Assembly: GCA_013265495.1 (NCBI GenBank)
Contig: MU058423.1
Coordinates: 4,572,793 to 4,636,792 of the forward strand
Length of the DNA: 64,000 nucleotides
Direction: 5' to 3'
From: Vicugna vicugna
Taxonomy: Eukaryota
Part shown: positions 25,501-37,347 of the stretch, piece by piece
How the letters are laid out: every line of letters begins with the position of its first letter
How positions within the stretch are numbered: position 1 is the stretch's first letter
Notes under the pieces: model-generated
What the model saw: the letters and a program-made list of their open reading frames with translations, nothing else
Database searches by the model: none
What the model was told of the DNA's origin: nothing
Made by a program: the position numbers and the translations under genes

Positions 25501-26159
25501 TGTCCTTAAGCAGACAGAGGAGTCTGTTCAAAATTCAGTGTTTTTCCAATTAGTTGAACACACTCAGAAGCCAGCGGTATGTCTGCTTGTTTTTTAAAGT
25601 GTCTTTGTCAGTGAGATAGAAAATAGGTGTCATTTTTCTCATCCTCTTCGTGACCTATATAGGGATATTCATTTATTTATTTTATATTAATTAGCTTGGA
25701 TTTTGCTGTGATTTTCCTAGGTTAGCAAAAGAGAACTCCGAAAAGCAATGCTATTCATTTAGGCAACATTTCTTCCTATGTGCTTTAAAAAACAAGCGGA
25801 CACACTGCTGGCTGCTAGGGGCTACAGTGTTTAGAGTACATTGTTCCTTAAACCACCGTACAATTTAAACCAATAAAATGTAGTAAAAATTGCTAATAGT
25901 AACCTGCTCCTTTTGCCATCATTACCTGTATGATGTGAAAGACTCAGTTCATCTTCCTTGGGTTTTCTTTCCTTCAGCCCTCATGGAAAATACTAGGACA
26001 AAGACCTTACTAAAAAGTCCTTTGTTATCACCTTATAAAGACTCCTGATCAAGCATATCAGGAGGAATTGTAATGAAAAGAAAGCATAATTGGTATCCTG
26101 GGATCCAGGACACTTCTGTCCATTTCAGCAGCAGTGTTAGTGTCACACGTGATCATCTT

Positions 26160-26360
26160 TGTTGCTAGCTTTATGTGAGGCGCACATGCCAGGTAACCTA
26201 GCTGCATTATTTCACTTCATCCTCACAGCCACTCTGGGATGTAGACACTATTACAACACCCATTTTTCAGATGAAGAAACAGAGACAGGGAAGTGAATAC
26301 CACAGACAAATCTGAACCCAGATCTGCACTGTGGACCTCAAGGTGACCTTACCCACATTG
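26160..26360 (-). mobile_element. MIR SINE
   Basis: cttcatcctcacagcc...cccatttttcagatgaagaaacagagac...tctgaacccagatctg. Confidence 0.8.
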
Positions 26361-26629
26361 CTAAATTCTTTCCCATCCTGAATGCATTAGGGCTACTCTA
26401 GCTTGTTTTTGGTATCCTGGATATTACAGGAAAAGACACAAAAGTTCTCTTCTTTGTTCCCAGTGGGGCTCATATTTTCCCCCATAAGACAGATCCGCGC
26501 AAAGGTCTCTGTTTCATGGACCAAATTCCTCCCGAGACCAGAGATTGACTCGAGGGGGACGTCTTTGGTTTTCTTCTCAGAATGACACGCCTCTTTCTTT
26601 TAAGCTCATTTCAGAAGACAGGATAGCCG

Positions 26630-27000
26630 CAGGCTTTGGAGCCTGGTAGGCATGGGTCCAATCCTGACTGTCTCTTACTGTTTGTGTGACTCTTGAACAA
26701 GTGACTTAACTTTTGAACCCCAGTTTTCTCATCTGTAAGATGGAGTTACAGATACACACCACTATATATATAAAATAGATGAACAACAAGGCTTTGCTGT
26801 ACAGCACAGGGAGCTATATTCAATACCTATAATGGAAAAGAGGAAAATATGTATATTTAACTGAATCACTTTGCTGTACATCTAAAAGTAACACAAAATT
26901 GTAAAGCAGCTAGACTTCAGTTTTAAAAAATGGAGCTACAGGTACCTACTATATAGGTGTGCTGTGAGAATTAAATGAGATTGAGATCATACAGCTCAAA
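26630..27000 (+). mobile_element. MIR SINE interrupted by a short L1 3' end
   Basis: caggctttggagcc...tgtgtgactcttgaacaagtgacttaac...ctcatctgtaagatgg [L1] ...gtacctact...tgtgagaattaaatgaga. Confidence 0.85.
26756..26926 (+). mobile_element. Short cetartiodactyl-type L1 3' end with target-site duplication
   Basis: actatatatataaaatagatgaacaacaagg...gtacagcacagggagctatattcaatacc...actgaatcactttgctgtaca; TSD aagatggagttacagatac (26737-26755) / aaaatggagctacaggtac (26927-26945). Confidence 0.9.
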
Positions 27001-30000
27001 AATAGTTATTCAACACCAGAGATGTGTGAAACCCACCAAGCAGAGAGTCTTCAACAACCTCCTAACCTCCACAATTAAACAGAGCCAGCACAGTGTTACG
27101 TAGTGTAGGCTTGCTTCTCACGCTTAGGGTTTACACACCACTCGTGCTACCAACGTCTGGAAGAAGGCTGGAAACATATTTAAGTGAAGAGAAGTGAATG
27201 ATGTTTGCACTACTAATAACACAGATATATTCCTGTGAGGAGCAGTAAGTACCCTGACTTTTGAAACGCCTTTTTCTACTTCTATGCGGAGACTTGAGTG
27301 GTTTATGTTTCTCTCAGTGGCTCTGGTTTCTGCTACCATTGAATTCATTTAGTTGTGGATTATGTCATCAATGCAAGTATGTTGCAGCTCTTTGCCAGTG
27401 CCCCCCCTACCCCCCACATGTGGGTAACACTGTGACCCTTCTTGTCCCATAGTATCAGTGACCCAAGGCTATGTAATTAGCAGTCAGTCACTAAAGTTTG
27501 TGGGCAAGATTACATTGTAGCCTATATGTAGACAATTTAAAATTGAGATTTTGCCATATTCTCAAAAGTCTCAGTGGCTCACCCATATGGGGCTCAATTT
27601 TCCTACCTTTCTGAACATCTCTCTTCCTCTCTGCCAACCTATTCCACTGTCCTCATCTTCTTGGGAACACCCAAGCTTGTCCTTAATCATGCAGAGAAAT
27701 CATTTAATTCTTCTTGTTTCTGTCCTCTAAGCTTTTCTTTCTCCCACAACCAAATAGCTCAACAATGTGTTTCGTGGTGTTCCAGAGAGAATAGGTGTTC
27801 TCTCAGGAGGCGGAAGCTGCCATGGCCACTTACAGCTTCAGATCACCCTCTCCCTCTGTTTGCCCACTAAATGTTCATTCGTAACGATTGTATTAAGTAC
27901 CTAGTAATGGTAAGCAAATGATAAAAAATATCTCTGTGCCTGAATACTTTCCTTGGTCACCTTTACCATTCGTGTCTCTTAATAACTGTGTGACTTTGGG
28001 GGACATCAGCAGAGTGAAAACACGATAAAATGTATTCTTTCCTCATAATGTGGGATTATCAAAATGTTGCTTCTGAGTCGTTCCCCTCACAATTAAAGAG
28101 TCGAAGTGCTATAGTAGGACTGATATTCTGGAGAGTAGGTAATAAAGTTAAAAAAAAAATGGTGTAGCCCTCACAGCATAATCTGAGAACAGCCACGTCA
28201 TGAGGGATAGAAGTGAAACGGCCAAAGAAACGAGAAACAGAATCTGCGTTAGAGTTTACGTTCCTTCTCTTTCACTTCTGCATTCACAGCTCTTCCCTTG
28301 CCGTGGCAGTGTCTCTGTATGTCCTTGTCCCCCTGGAATATTCATTTAGAAGACACTAAGAGAAAGTTGGCAGGTAATTACTTATTGCAGGATTTTGGAA
28401 AAAAACACAAAACAATCTGGAATACTCAACCATGTTGATAAGCAAGTGGAACAGGAGTACTGAAACCTCTGTTGGATAGACTATTGATATATCCATCTGT
28501 GGCTTTAAGATTATAAATTTTGTCATAACAAAAATTTAGCACTTTATTATGGCAACGTGAACTCTTCAGATCCTGTTTTTAATAGCAGTAATGATTTAAG
28601 TGACGTTATATCAAGGCTTCTCAACGAGGCTATTAAAATAAAACCTCACTGTGATCTGAAAGGCTTAAGTTAGAGAACTAACATATGTAGCAGGTGCATT
28701 TCCTACCTAAAATACTCTATAAAATGAGACAGGATTCTCAGAACAACGGCCCAAGTGGACATGTAGCATTAGGATATTTTGCTTGCCTCCTGATGATTCC
28801 TGTGGGAAACTTTGAGTGGTTTTAGGTGGACATCAATTTTGTTTTCCCGCCCCTGTGGACTAGGCTATTTTATCATCTGCAGGAAATCGGAGAAAAATAA
28901 TTGTGTTGTAAAAATGATTTTGGCTTCCTTTAAAGTTTTTAATTGCTTTATTTTTTTCCCCTTGAAACACCTGATGTTTAATGGGCAGAAATAAGTACAT
29001 GGATGATAAACATTTTTATAAATAAACAAGAAATGCCAGAGATTATTATTGACTGCTGTTGAAGTCTCCCACAAAAATAGGTTAACAGGAAAAATAAGGC
29101 TCTCTTCCATAAATTGGCTTAGCAGGATGTGCTGTCTTAAGGTTCTCTCCAGGGCTGTGAAATACTGTCACTTCAGTGATGAGAGGAGGCTAAGTAAAGT
29201 GCACTCACTAGTGACGTTTCTGGCAAAGCAGACATTTCACACCTTGCTGAGAGTCCAGACACAGGCCTGAGCTAGACAGAGTGGACAAGAGCGTGGTGAT
29301 GTGTCTCCAGAGCAACTCTACCGGCATTTTCCTGAGGTTTTAGCACAGAATGGGGCCTTTCCCTGCTTACAAGAAAATTCCATTTTTCGTCCTCAGGAGA
29401 GCCATGATTGTATCCTGTTTTTAATGCCTTAGAAGGAACTGAAGCCTTGCTTCAGATTAAAGTCATCCTCAGAGTGACATCCAGAAGGAATCCATCAGTT
29501 ATCACCCAGGGAACAGACTTGTCACCAAGGGAACTGTTTTGGAGGAGCAAAGGCCTGAAGGTATATTTATGAGACAGAGGAGTTGGCTATTTCCAGGATT
29601 TTTAATGCATAATGTTGCAGGTTGAGATAATCCTATGGCAGGAGAGTTGGTTGCTGTTTACAAAAGTGATTAAACAATAACATTCACCATTTTGATTAAA
29701 GCCAAACTAAGGTGTATGTAATTTCCCTTGGAAATAGCTCCATTCTTTTTCTCTGGTGTGAATTCTGCAACACGCACACTGCTGTCTCATTCATCCACAG
29801 TCTTTGGCCAGCAAGGATGCCAGGCAGGGAAACCAGTGTTGAAGGCAGTAACAGAGAAATCCTATGTATTTATATTTAAAACAAACTCAAAAGACTGGAA
29901 GAGAGAGGCTGCAATTCATCCCTGCCCCTGGCTTAACATCCTTTGGAAACTGGAAACAGTTTCTCCATTCAGCATGCGGTGGTAAGAGTCATTGTCAATG

Positions 30001-30031
30001 GAAATGACAAACACAGAGAAAAATCGTATCT

Positions 30032-30116
30032 CTGATTGGCTGAAACAGTAACAGCAGATAGCAGAACAAAACGCATGCTTCTCAACTCTTCTCCCCGCCC
30101 CCGGCCCCCCCCTCCC
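30032..30116. promoter_or_regulatory. CCAAT box plus GC box/C-rich tract, promoter- or enhancer-like
   Basis: ctgattggct (AGCCAATCAG on the minus strand, NF-Y consensus) at 30032-30041; ccccgccccc Sp/KLF site at 30093-30102. Confidence 0.4.
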
Positions 30117-30179
30117 GTTTAATTGCTCTCTCCTCACAAAGGAGCAGAATAGTGAGTTGTTTAAGAAAATGAAAGGCTT

Positions 30180-30350
30180 TGCATTGAATCTCAGTTTTAC
30201 CAGTCTGTGACCTTGAGTGGCTCAGTTATCTATTTATACAATGGGGACGATATTGCATTGCATTACAGAGTTGCCACAAACAGGAGGTATGTGGCATGCT
30301 TAGCATGTGCCTGCTACACAGTGAGTGCTCAACAGTGGTAGCTGTTATAG
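30180..30350 (+). mobile_element. MIR SINE fragment
   Basis: ttgaatctcagttttaccagtctgtgaccttgag...gcttagcatgtgcctgctacacagtgagtgctcaa. Confidence 0.75.
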
Positions 30351-30409
30351 GCACAGAAGTATGGGAACACAGCTGCTTGATTAAAGAAAAGCAAATGGAA
30401 TTTACTAAT

Positions 30410-31480
30410 GAATTAATTCAACAAAGCACTGACACTATGTTCTACATGCTGTGCTAAGCTTGAGGATACAATGGCAAAAAAGAAAAAAAAAGCCAGTTTT
30501 TACCTTCTTGGTACTTGGAGTAGAGAATAGTGGATACAAGCGTTAAATTAAAAAAAAAAAATCACATGGTGTGGGGAGGGTGTAGCTCAGTGGTAGAGTG
30601 TGCGCTTAGCATGCACCAGGTCCTGGGTTCGGTCCTCAGTACCTTCATTAAAATAAGTAAATGAACCTAATTACAGCCCCCCAAATTAAATAAATAAAAA
30701 TAACATATAAAACTACACAAGTGGCTATAAGACTACAATTACACCAAGTGTCTTGGAGAAAATTTAAGTAATGCCATGAGACAATGTAACAGGGATCCTA
30801 AACTAAACTCTGGAGTCAGGAAAAGTCTCCCTGAGAAGGTAGCATCCAAGCCAAAATCTGGAGAATCAGTAGGAGTCAGGTGGATAAAAGGCACTATGGC
30901 TGGTGGCGTGTGCTTCCAATAGAACAGCGTGTGCCTAAGGGCTGACACAGGAACGCACTGGGCGTGTCTGAGGAGGAGAGGGCAGGTGGGTGAGAAGAGG
31001 CTGCATGAGAGAGGGAAGGGGTGAGAGAAAAGGAGCAGTTGCAGAGGCAAGTTAGTGGCCAGGCCAGGCCACAACTTCTAGGGCTTGTTAACAATTTTGA
31101 TGTTTTGGTTTTTTTTTTTAATGTCAGGAAGCCGGTAAAAGGATTTGAACATAGTGAGCGACATAGTCAGACTTGCCTTTTCTAGAGATCATTCTGGCTA
31201 CTGTTCGGGAATGGGTTGATTGGGAGGAGAAAGGATAGAGGTGCAGAGAGAAGTAACTTTCATTGGACGGGTCTTCATGAAAGGTGATGGCCGAGGCTGG
31301 TAAGAGTGAAGACACAGGAAATTTGAATGAATTAGAGGTGTCTTTGGAATGTAGAGTTGAGAGAACTTGATGGCGAATTGGCGACGATTGGGATGAGAGC
31401 GGCCATGCTCAAGGATGACTCCCAGATTCCTTGGCCCGAGCAAGTGGGTAGACACAGGTGCCATACCTGGTGAGCTGTCG
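30410..31480 (-). mobile_element. L2 LINE hosting a younger SINE
   Basis: aattaattcaacaaagcactga...gtcaggaaaagtctccctgagaagg...agatcattctggctactg...caaggatgactcccagattccttggcc. Confidence 0.85.
30568..30695 (+). mobile_element. tRNA-derived SINE, camelid Vic-1-like, full length
   Basis: ggggagggtgtagctcagtggtagag (A box)...gtcctgggttcggtcctcagtacc (B box)...aacctaattac-cccccc-A-rich tail; imperfect TSD aaaaatcacat/aaaaataacat. Confidence 0.85.
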
Positions 31481-32450
31481 AGTTAATACCATTGCTGTTG
31501 ATCAGGCTTGTAGATGCCCATTAAGGATAGCGTCATTTGGTGTAAACACTGTTGATTTAAGTTTGGGAACGCATGATCAAAAAAAAAATCATAGTAGCAT
31601 TTTGTCCCAAGTTGCCAAAGAACTGATCTCCAGCTCAAAAGCTCTTTCCTCTGCAGTTCTGGCGCTTTTAATGGATTTTACACATACATATATTTTCTGG
31701 TATTTAGCAGTTTCCCTGTCTTCCTCCTACTTATCCTCCTCCTTTCCCCCTTTCCTCTCTCACAGCATCTAGCCCTTCATCATAACACTTACTTCCATGA
31801 GAGCTGCCTCGATGCGAGACAATAATAAGATGGGTGAAACTAGAGAATTAAATAGGCACCAGTCTCTGAAACACAGGGCTCAGCGGAGAGGAGGCTCTCT
31901 CTTACTGGGTGAGTTGAATGGGAGTAGTAAAAGGGATGTTTCTAGATGCCAGAAGTTGGAGAGCTCTAGGACATTCAACATGGCTGTGATCTCATACTCA
32001 GGGGTGGATATGGGATAAAATGCTTTTTTTGCTGCTTTCAGTCAAGCAATTCCAGTGATGACCATCGCATTTTGAGGTATTTTGGTATCTCGGCCCAAAG
32101 GTATTGAGAGAGTATGGAACTGCATTCTCTCTTTCAGTCTGGTTTTTTCTCCTTATCTCTCTTTGTCTATTGTGTACTATTTCTGAAACAAAAACTCATG
32201 CAAAACACTCAGTTAGAGAAGTCTCCTAATTTGTTTGACTCTACAAAGAAAACTTTGGCATTCTTTACAAATTTTGTGTGTAGAAACAACTTCTGCTTTA
32301 AATTATTGATACAATATTACCAAAAAATGTTATCAAATAATAAGCCAGTAAAGTGTTTACTGTTAGAAAATAACCATATAGCACCTTCAGAGCCATGAAA
32401 TACACTGAGGGGACACTTTGCAGTTTTATGAGTGATGCTTACATGACATG

Positions 32451-32756
32451 TGCTATGTGTGTCCCCCACACATCCATAGGTCAAAACTCCAATTTCCAAT
32501 ATGATGGTATTTGGAGGTGTGACCTTGGGGGTTAATTAGGGTTAGATTAGGTCATGTGGGTGAGGTCCTCATGATGGGATTGATGCCACATCAGGACGCT
32601 GCAGGGTTGGTGTATACAGGTCAGGAAGTGATGCACCAGAGCCCAGCCATGCTGGCCTCCTGATCTCAGGCTTCCAGCCTCCAGGACCGGGAGAAATAAG
32701 TATTTAAGCCACTCAGTCTACGATGTTTTGTTACAGCAGCTGAGCCGACTAAGACA
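32451..32756 (+). mobile_element. MaLR solo LTR (MLT1A-like)
   Basis: tgctatg...atggtatttggagg...gcttccagcctccagg...tttaagccactcagtcta...gactaagaca; TG..CA ends. Confidence 0.9.
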
Positions 32757-33049
32757 ATGTGGCTCCAATACGTTTTTGTGCATTTGCATCCTTTCTGAAC
32801 TGAGAAGACTGAGATACAAGTAAAACAAGAGCTTTCCTTAGGTCAGGTGCATCCTCTTTATATTGTTGGTTTCGATGACTGTGGTTTCTTTTTACCCTGT
32901 GCATTATTCTCACACAGGTATCGATTGCTGGGGATTTTGTCTGAGAGACAGAGAGTGTCTGTAAGACAGAGGTGGAGAGGGAGAGAGATGGAGACTCTAG
33001 GTTCTGGTCTTTTTATTGGGGTGCTCAAAAAGGAAATGGGAACTGGCAT

Positions 33050-33260
33050 TTTTTGAGTCCTCTGCATATACCAGGCACTCTGCCAGGCTTTTTACATGAG
33101 CTATTTTCCCTGGTCCCCCTAACTTCATTTTATATACAAAGAACTTGAGGCTCAGAGAGATTTAATAATTTGCCCACAGCTACACAACTGGTAGATGGCT
33201 GAGTTATAATTCCAAACTTAAGTCTGGACTTCAGATTCCAAGCTCTTTTCTATAATTCTC
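33050..33260 (-). mobile_element. MIR SINE
   Basis: ccaggcactctgccagg...gaggctcagagagatttaataatttgcccacagctacacaact. Confidence 0.8.
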
Positions 33261-33512
33261 ATTGCCTCTGCAAAGATTTCTTACATCTTCATTCAGTTCA
33301 TTAACTGTGGAAGTTGTGAGACAGCCTTCATCTGGGCACTACCTGATCCCACTGGGGAGATAAGACATGAGAAAACCAGACCTGTTATACAGTGACTCGG
33401 TGATGCCACTGCATACAGCACGATTGTGTAGGGTGTAGACTACAGGCGCATTCATATTTGAAGAAGAGAAGTGCATTGAGGGTGGTATTTGCTGAGAATA
33501 CCCTGTGAGGGA

Positions 33513-33540
33513 ACACACACACAAGCACACACACACACAC
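33513..33540. repeat. Interrupted (CA)n microsatellite
   Basis: Direct read. Confidence 0.85.
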
Positions 33541-35484
33541 CCCTGGGGAGGACCTCTGTAGTCTGTGGGATGTTTGAGGGCCAGAGAAGAGAGTGGAGGA
33601 CACGGCTCCATGCAGAAGTGATTATGAGCACTGAGTAGCAGGAGCTGGTGAGGCGTCTCCACACTGCAGTTGAGACAAAGCACTGATGGAGACCTCAGGC
33701 CAGATTGGAGAGCCTGGCATCCATCCCATTACAGTGCATTTCAGCAGCACACTCAGCTCAGATCAGCTCAGCTCAGCCCTTGCACTGGGGTCTGGGAGCT
33801 TCTTGTTCTTGTCCCCAATGCTGAGTTTTCAGGATGTGCAAGAAGCAGAAGCAATTTGGCAAATCTATGCAAAGGTTATGTTGGGCTTGTAGTACAAATG
33901 AGACTAAATTCTAGTTATTTTGTTTTCTGATTTGGTTTGGATGCACAAGAACTCTATTTTCTGCAAAGTGGATGATAAATTAAGCATGTTTTCTGTCACA
34001 AAAATTGACAAGATTAACTGTCCTCTGGTCATCGCATTTCTGATTATGGAAGGATCATTAACAAGCAAACATCTGGCCGTTATTCCTGATGAATCTGTTC
34101 CTTTATATTTTTTGACAAGGAGAGTGGGAGGGGTCAGTGCATTCAAGCCCAGACGAACTGTGTTGCGACAACCCTGGCCACTGACTCTAGTAGTTATTGT
34201 TAATGAAGCATTCTGCATAACTGATTATTTGAAGTGGAAAGATATATCCATCATATTGTGCCACAGGACACTGGCATTGGTTGAGAAGTAGAAAAACCAG
34301 CCAGAAGAACGTGTGTCTGGAGCTGCGGTTGGTGACTGGGTAGAGTGGGTACCGAAGACCGTGGGGGCTGTGGGTAGAGCGTCGGTTAGTCACAGGTTCC
34401 TGACAGCAAGCTCCGGAGAAAGGAGTGAAAAGCAAAAGGTCTTCCCCCACACCCAGCTAGCCTTATGCTCAGTGAGGTGTCCTCAGTCTTTTCCTGAGCA
34501 CCGAGGACAGACAGCTCTCTGCCTGACTCCCTGCCATGGCAGGTGACACGTCAGAGACTTGCTGGGCGAACCGTCACGAAGGGCACGCGTCAGGGCAGCC
34601 TTCTGCACGGGGTGTGCTATTTCTGGACCTGGCTGCACAGAGGCAAGCTGCTGTGTTCCGTCTTTCTGGAGCCTCTTCTGCCAGCTCATCAGGCCATGTG
34701 TTCAACTTCAGAGTTCAGGGAGGATGACAAACTACCAAGCAGAATTCTCCTTGAGGTCAGACAGGAGAGCAGCTCCATCCTCAGACCTGTGCCCCTCCAC
34801 CTCCAAAGATGTGTGCACCGATTTTGTTCCAGGTGGATGCATCTTTCCACCTGGCAGCCCTTGGCCCCTGGGCTCCTTCTCGTGGCTGAGATTTAGAACC
34901 GCTGTCGTGAGAGTTGGAAGGGGTGTCAGCCATCATCTGGACAGTGCCTCCTGTTACATAAGGGACAAGGAGAGCTCAGAGAAGTGACTCGCTAGGCACT
35001 GTGGAGGGTCGGCAGCAGGTCTGGGAGGGAGCACAGACTTCGTTCTGCTCCAGTCTGTCTCTTCTGTGTACAGACAGGTGATGTGTTAGGTCTGTAGATA
35101 ATAACGCAGAGATTTGGGGCAGAAGCAATTGCTCTTTAGTACTTCCTCTCACTTCCCTGCTCTCCCTCTCCTCCCAGTGGTTTGGTTCTCCTTTCACAGT
35201 GTCCCTCTTCTCTGTCCCAGCCAAGGCCTCCCGGTGCCACCACCCTGGTTCAGGCTGAGCAATGCCAGCAGTGCTTGCCTGTCTCCCTGCCTCCAGCCTC
35301 TTCCTCTTCAGCCCCCCTTTCACGGTGCTGCTGACATCAGACATTCGCATCCTTAACGAGGATGCTTTGCTGCTCAAAGTTTGCCAGTGTCAAATCACTT
35401 CTAACAGAGGAAAACCAAGAACCAGAGTGCAATATTCAATTTCATCCATTATGTGTTCTCAACTGTTAGGTAATGGAAAGTGAG

Positions 35485-35640
35485 CCAGCCTGGGAAGCTG
35501 GGTTGCTGAGGGGCACCTCGGCTCAGCCATTAGTGGTGCGACCTGGGAAAGACGCTTAATCTCTGAGATGCAGTTTCCTCTGGTGTGACGCCAGGGGTCA
35601 AGTCTAGATGAACTCATGCCTTTTCAGGTTGTTCTAATTC
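35485..35640 (+). mobile_element. MIR fragment
   Basis: ggtgcgacctgggaaagacgcttaatctctgagatgcagtttcctc. Confidence 0.65.
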
Positions 35641-35689
35641 TAGCCTCCACACTCACTGCTCTCCGTCACCACCCCCGTGTTTCGTCAGC

Positions 35690-36030
35690 TGTATGGCTTG
35701 TTGTTTCTCTAACACAAATCATTCTTCCTGTTATTTAGTTTCATCCTGTTGAAATCCTATCCATCTTTTAAGATGCAGCCAAAAAGCAACTTGGAGCCAT
35801 TTCTGACTGCTCAGAGGAGCAATGCAACCTCCTGACTGTGTTTTCTTAAACCTCATTTCTGTTCTTTTTCTACAAACACTTTTGTTATCATGCCTGTCTG
35901 TGCACCCACCTTCTCTTTCTCTTCTTCCTTACAGGTAGGATCTGTGTCTTGTTCATCTTTGTTTCCCCTATAATGCCTGGCTCAGTGCTTCTCATGAAAT
36001 AGATGTCCAATAAATATTTGTTGAATTGAA
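35690..36030 (+). mobile_element. L2 3' end
   Basis: tgtgtcttgttcatctttgtttcccc...gcctggctcagtg...caataaatatttgttgaattgaa. Confidence 0.8.
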
Positions 36031-36494
36031 AAAGTGCAGTTCGTGCCAAGAAAAAAAATCTTTTCCTCTCCAGAAATTGATGGAGTGTACCCAAATTCAG
36101 CAAGAGAATATGTCATGAGATTTAGCTGTAACTTACCTGGATATTGACTCTAATTGGCTCATTCAGATATGGTCGGAGGCTTCAGAATTGAATTAGTCTG
36201 TGAATTATGGGATAGTTTGCAGCACGTGTATTAATTGATGGTATCCGCCTTATCTATTACTACCTACTTTCATTTTTGTAGGAGGCTTCTTACCCTATAT
36301 CTAATCACACTCAGGGAACTAAACACAGCTGGGCATATCTGGCAGGTGGATGAGAAGGCACATATAGATTCAGTTTACCTATAGGAACAAGGAAAGTACT
36401 AGAAGAAAATTTATCCTAAAGGCAGATGGAATTAGACGGTCTTGGTCAATAATAAAGACTGAGCTGTCAGGGAGGATGTGTCCTGAGAAATAGT

Positions 36495-36690
36495 AATAAG
36501 GATAGTTAGCATTTTACAAGTGCCAGGCACAGTGCTAGGAACTTTATAAGCATATCTTCCTTAATCTTCAGTCTATCCTATTAAGGTAGAAACAATTACT
36601 CCTCTTTTAGAAATGAGGAAACTTAGGGAGATCAAATGTGTCTGTTAAATATTAAGTAAGTGGCAGAGAAAGAGTCAAACCGTAATCAGA
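36495..36690 (-). mobile_element. MIR SINE
   Basis: gtgccaggcacagtgctagg...ttttagaaatgaggaaactt...gtaagtggcagag. Confidence 0.8.
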
Positions 36691-36714
36691 CCAGACAGGT
36701 GGTCTGACTGTAGA

Positions 36715-36912
36715 GCAGAGTTTGGCAAACTACAGGCCAAGTCTGGCTTGTGGCATGTGCTTCTGAGGCCTCAAACTAAGAACATTTCTAAATGGTTGTA
36801 GAAAAACACACCGAAGCAAAAACAAAGAATGTCTGACGGCAGCCATGGGAGGCTCACAAAGCCTGGAATATTACTGCCTGGCCCGCGGTAGACAACTTTT
36901 GCTGAGCACGGA
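36715..36912. mobile_element. MER58-like hAT-Charlie MITE
   Basis: cagagtttggcaaactacaggcc...cacaaagcctggaatattactgcctggccc...ttttgctga. Confidence 0.8.
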
Positions 36913-37347
36913 CTTGTAGCCCCAAAGCTCATTGCTGTTGAGTGTGTCGAGGTCTTTAGAGTGGTCGCTGGGCTCAGTTCCCCCATGGGGCTTGTCTTTC
37001 AATACCAGGGATAGAAAGAGTAGCAAATGATACCTGAAAAGTAATTTCACTGAAGAGTCTTCAAGATGTTGGGGGATAAGAGGACCACTTTTGTCCACAT
37101 GTGACAAAAATACAGCACAAGGCAAGGACAGGCATGGAATGCAAGGTGGCTTTTAGATCCCAAAGATTTCGGAGGCTTTGTTGTGCTCTGGGGTGCCCAG
37201 GCTGGCGCTGGATGTCTGTGGTATGAGGCAGCCTGTGACCACAGACCTGCTGGAGGGAAGATGAAACAGGAAGGAAAAAGAAGCCATCACATGGCAGCTG
37301 ACAATAGGTTTTTATGAACAAACGTTACTTAAAACTGTATTCTGTCT

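Noticed and set aside
30573..30645. tRNA gene
   Set aside because: tRNA-like head continues into a SINE body, A-rich tail and TSD
33752..33778. (CAGCT)n pentamers resembling an immunoglobulin switch region
   Set aside because: Only about five units; switch regions span kilobases
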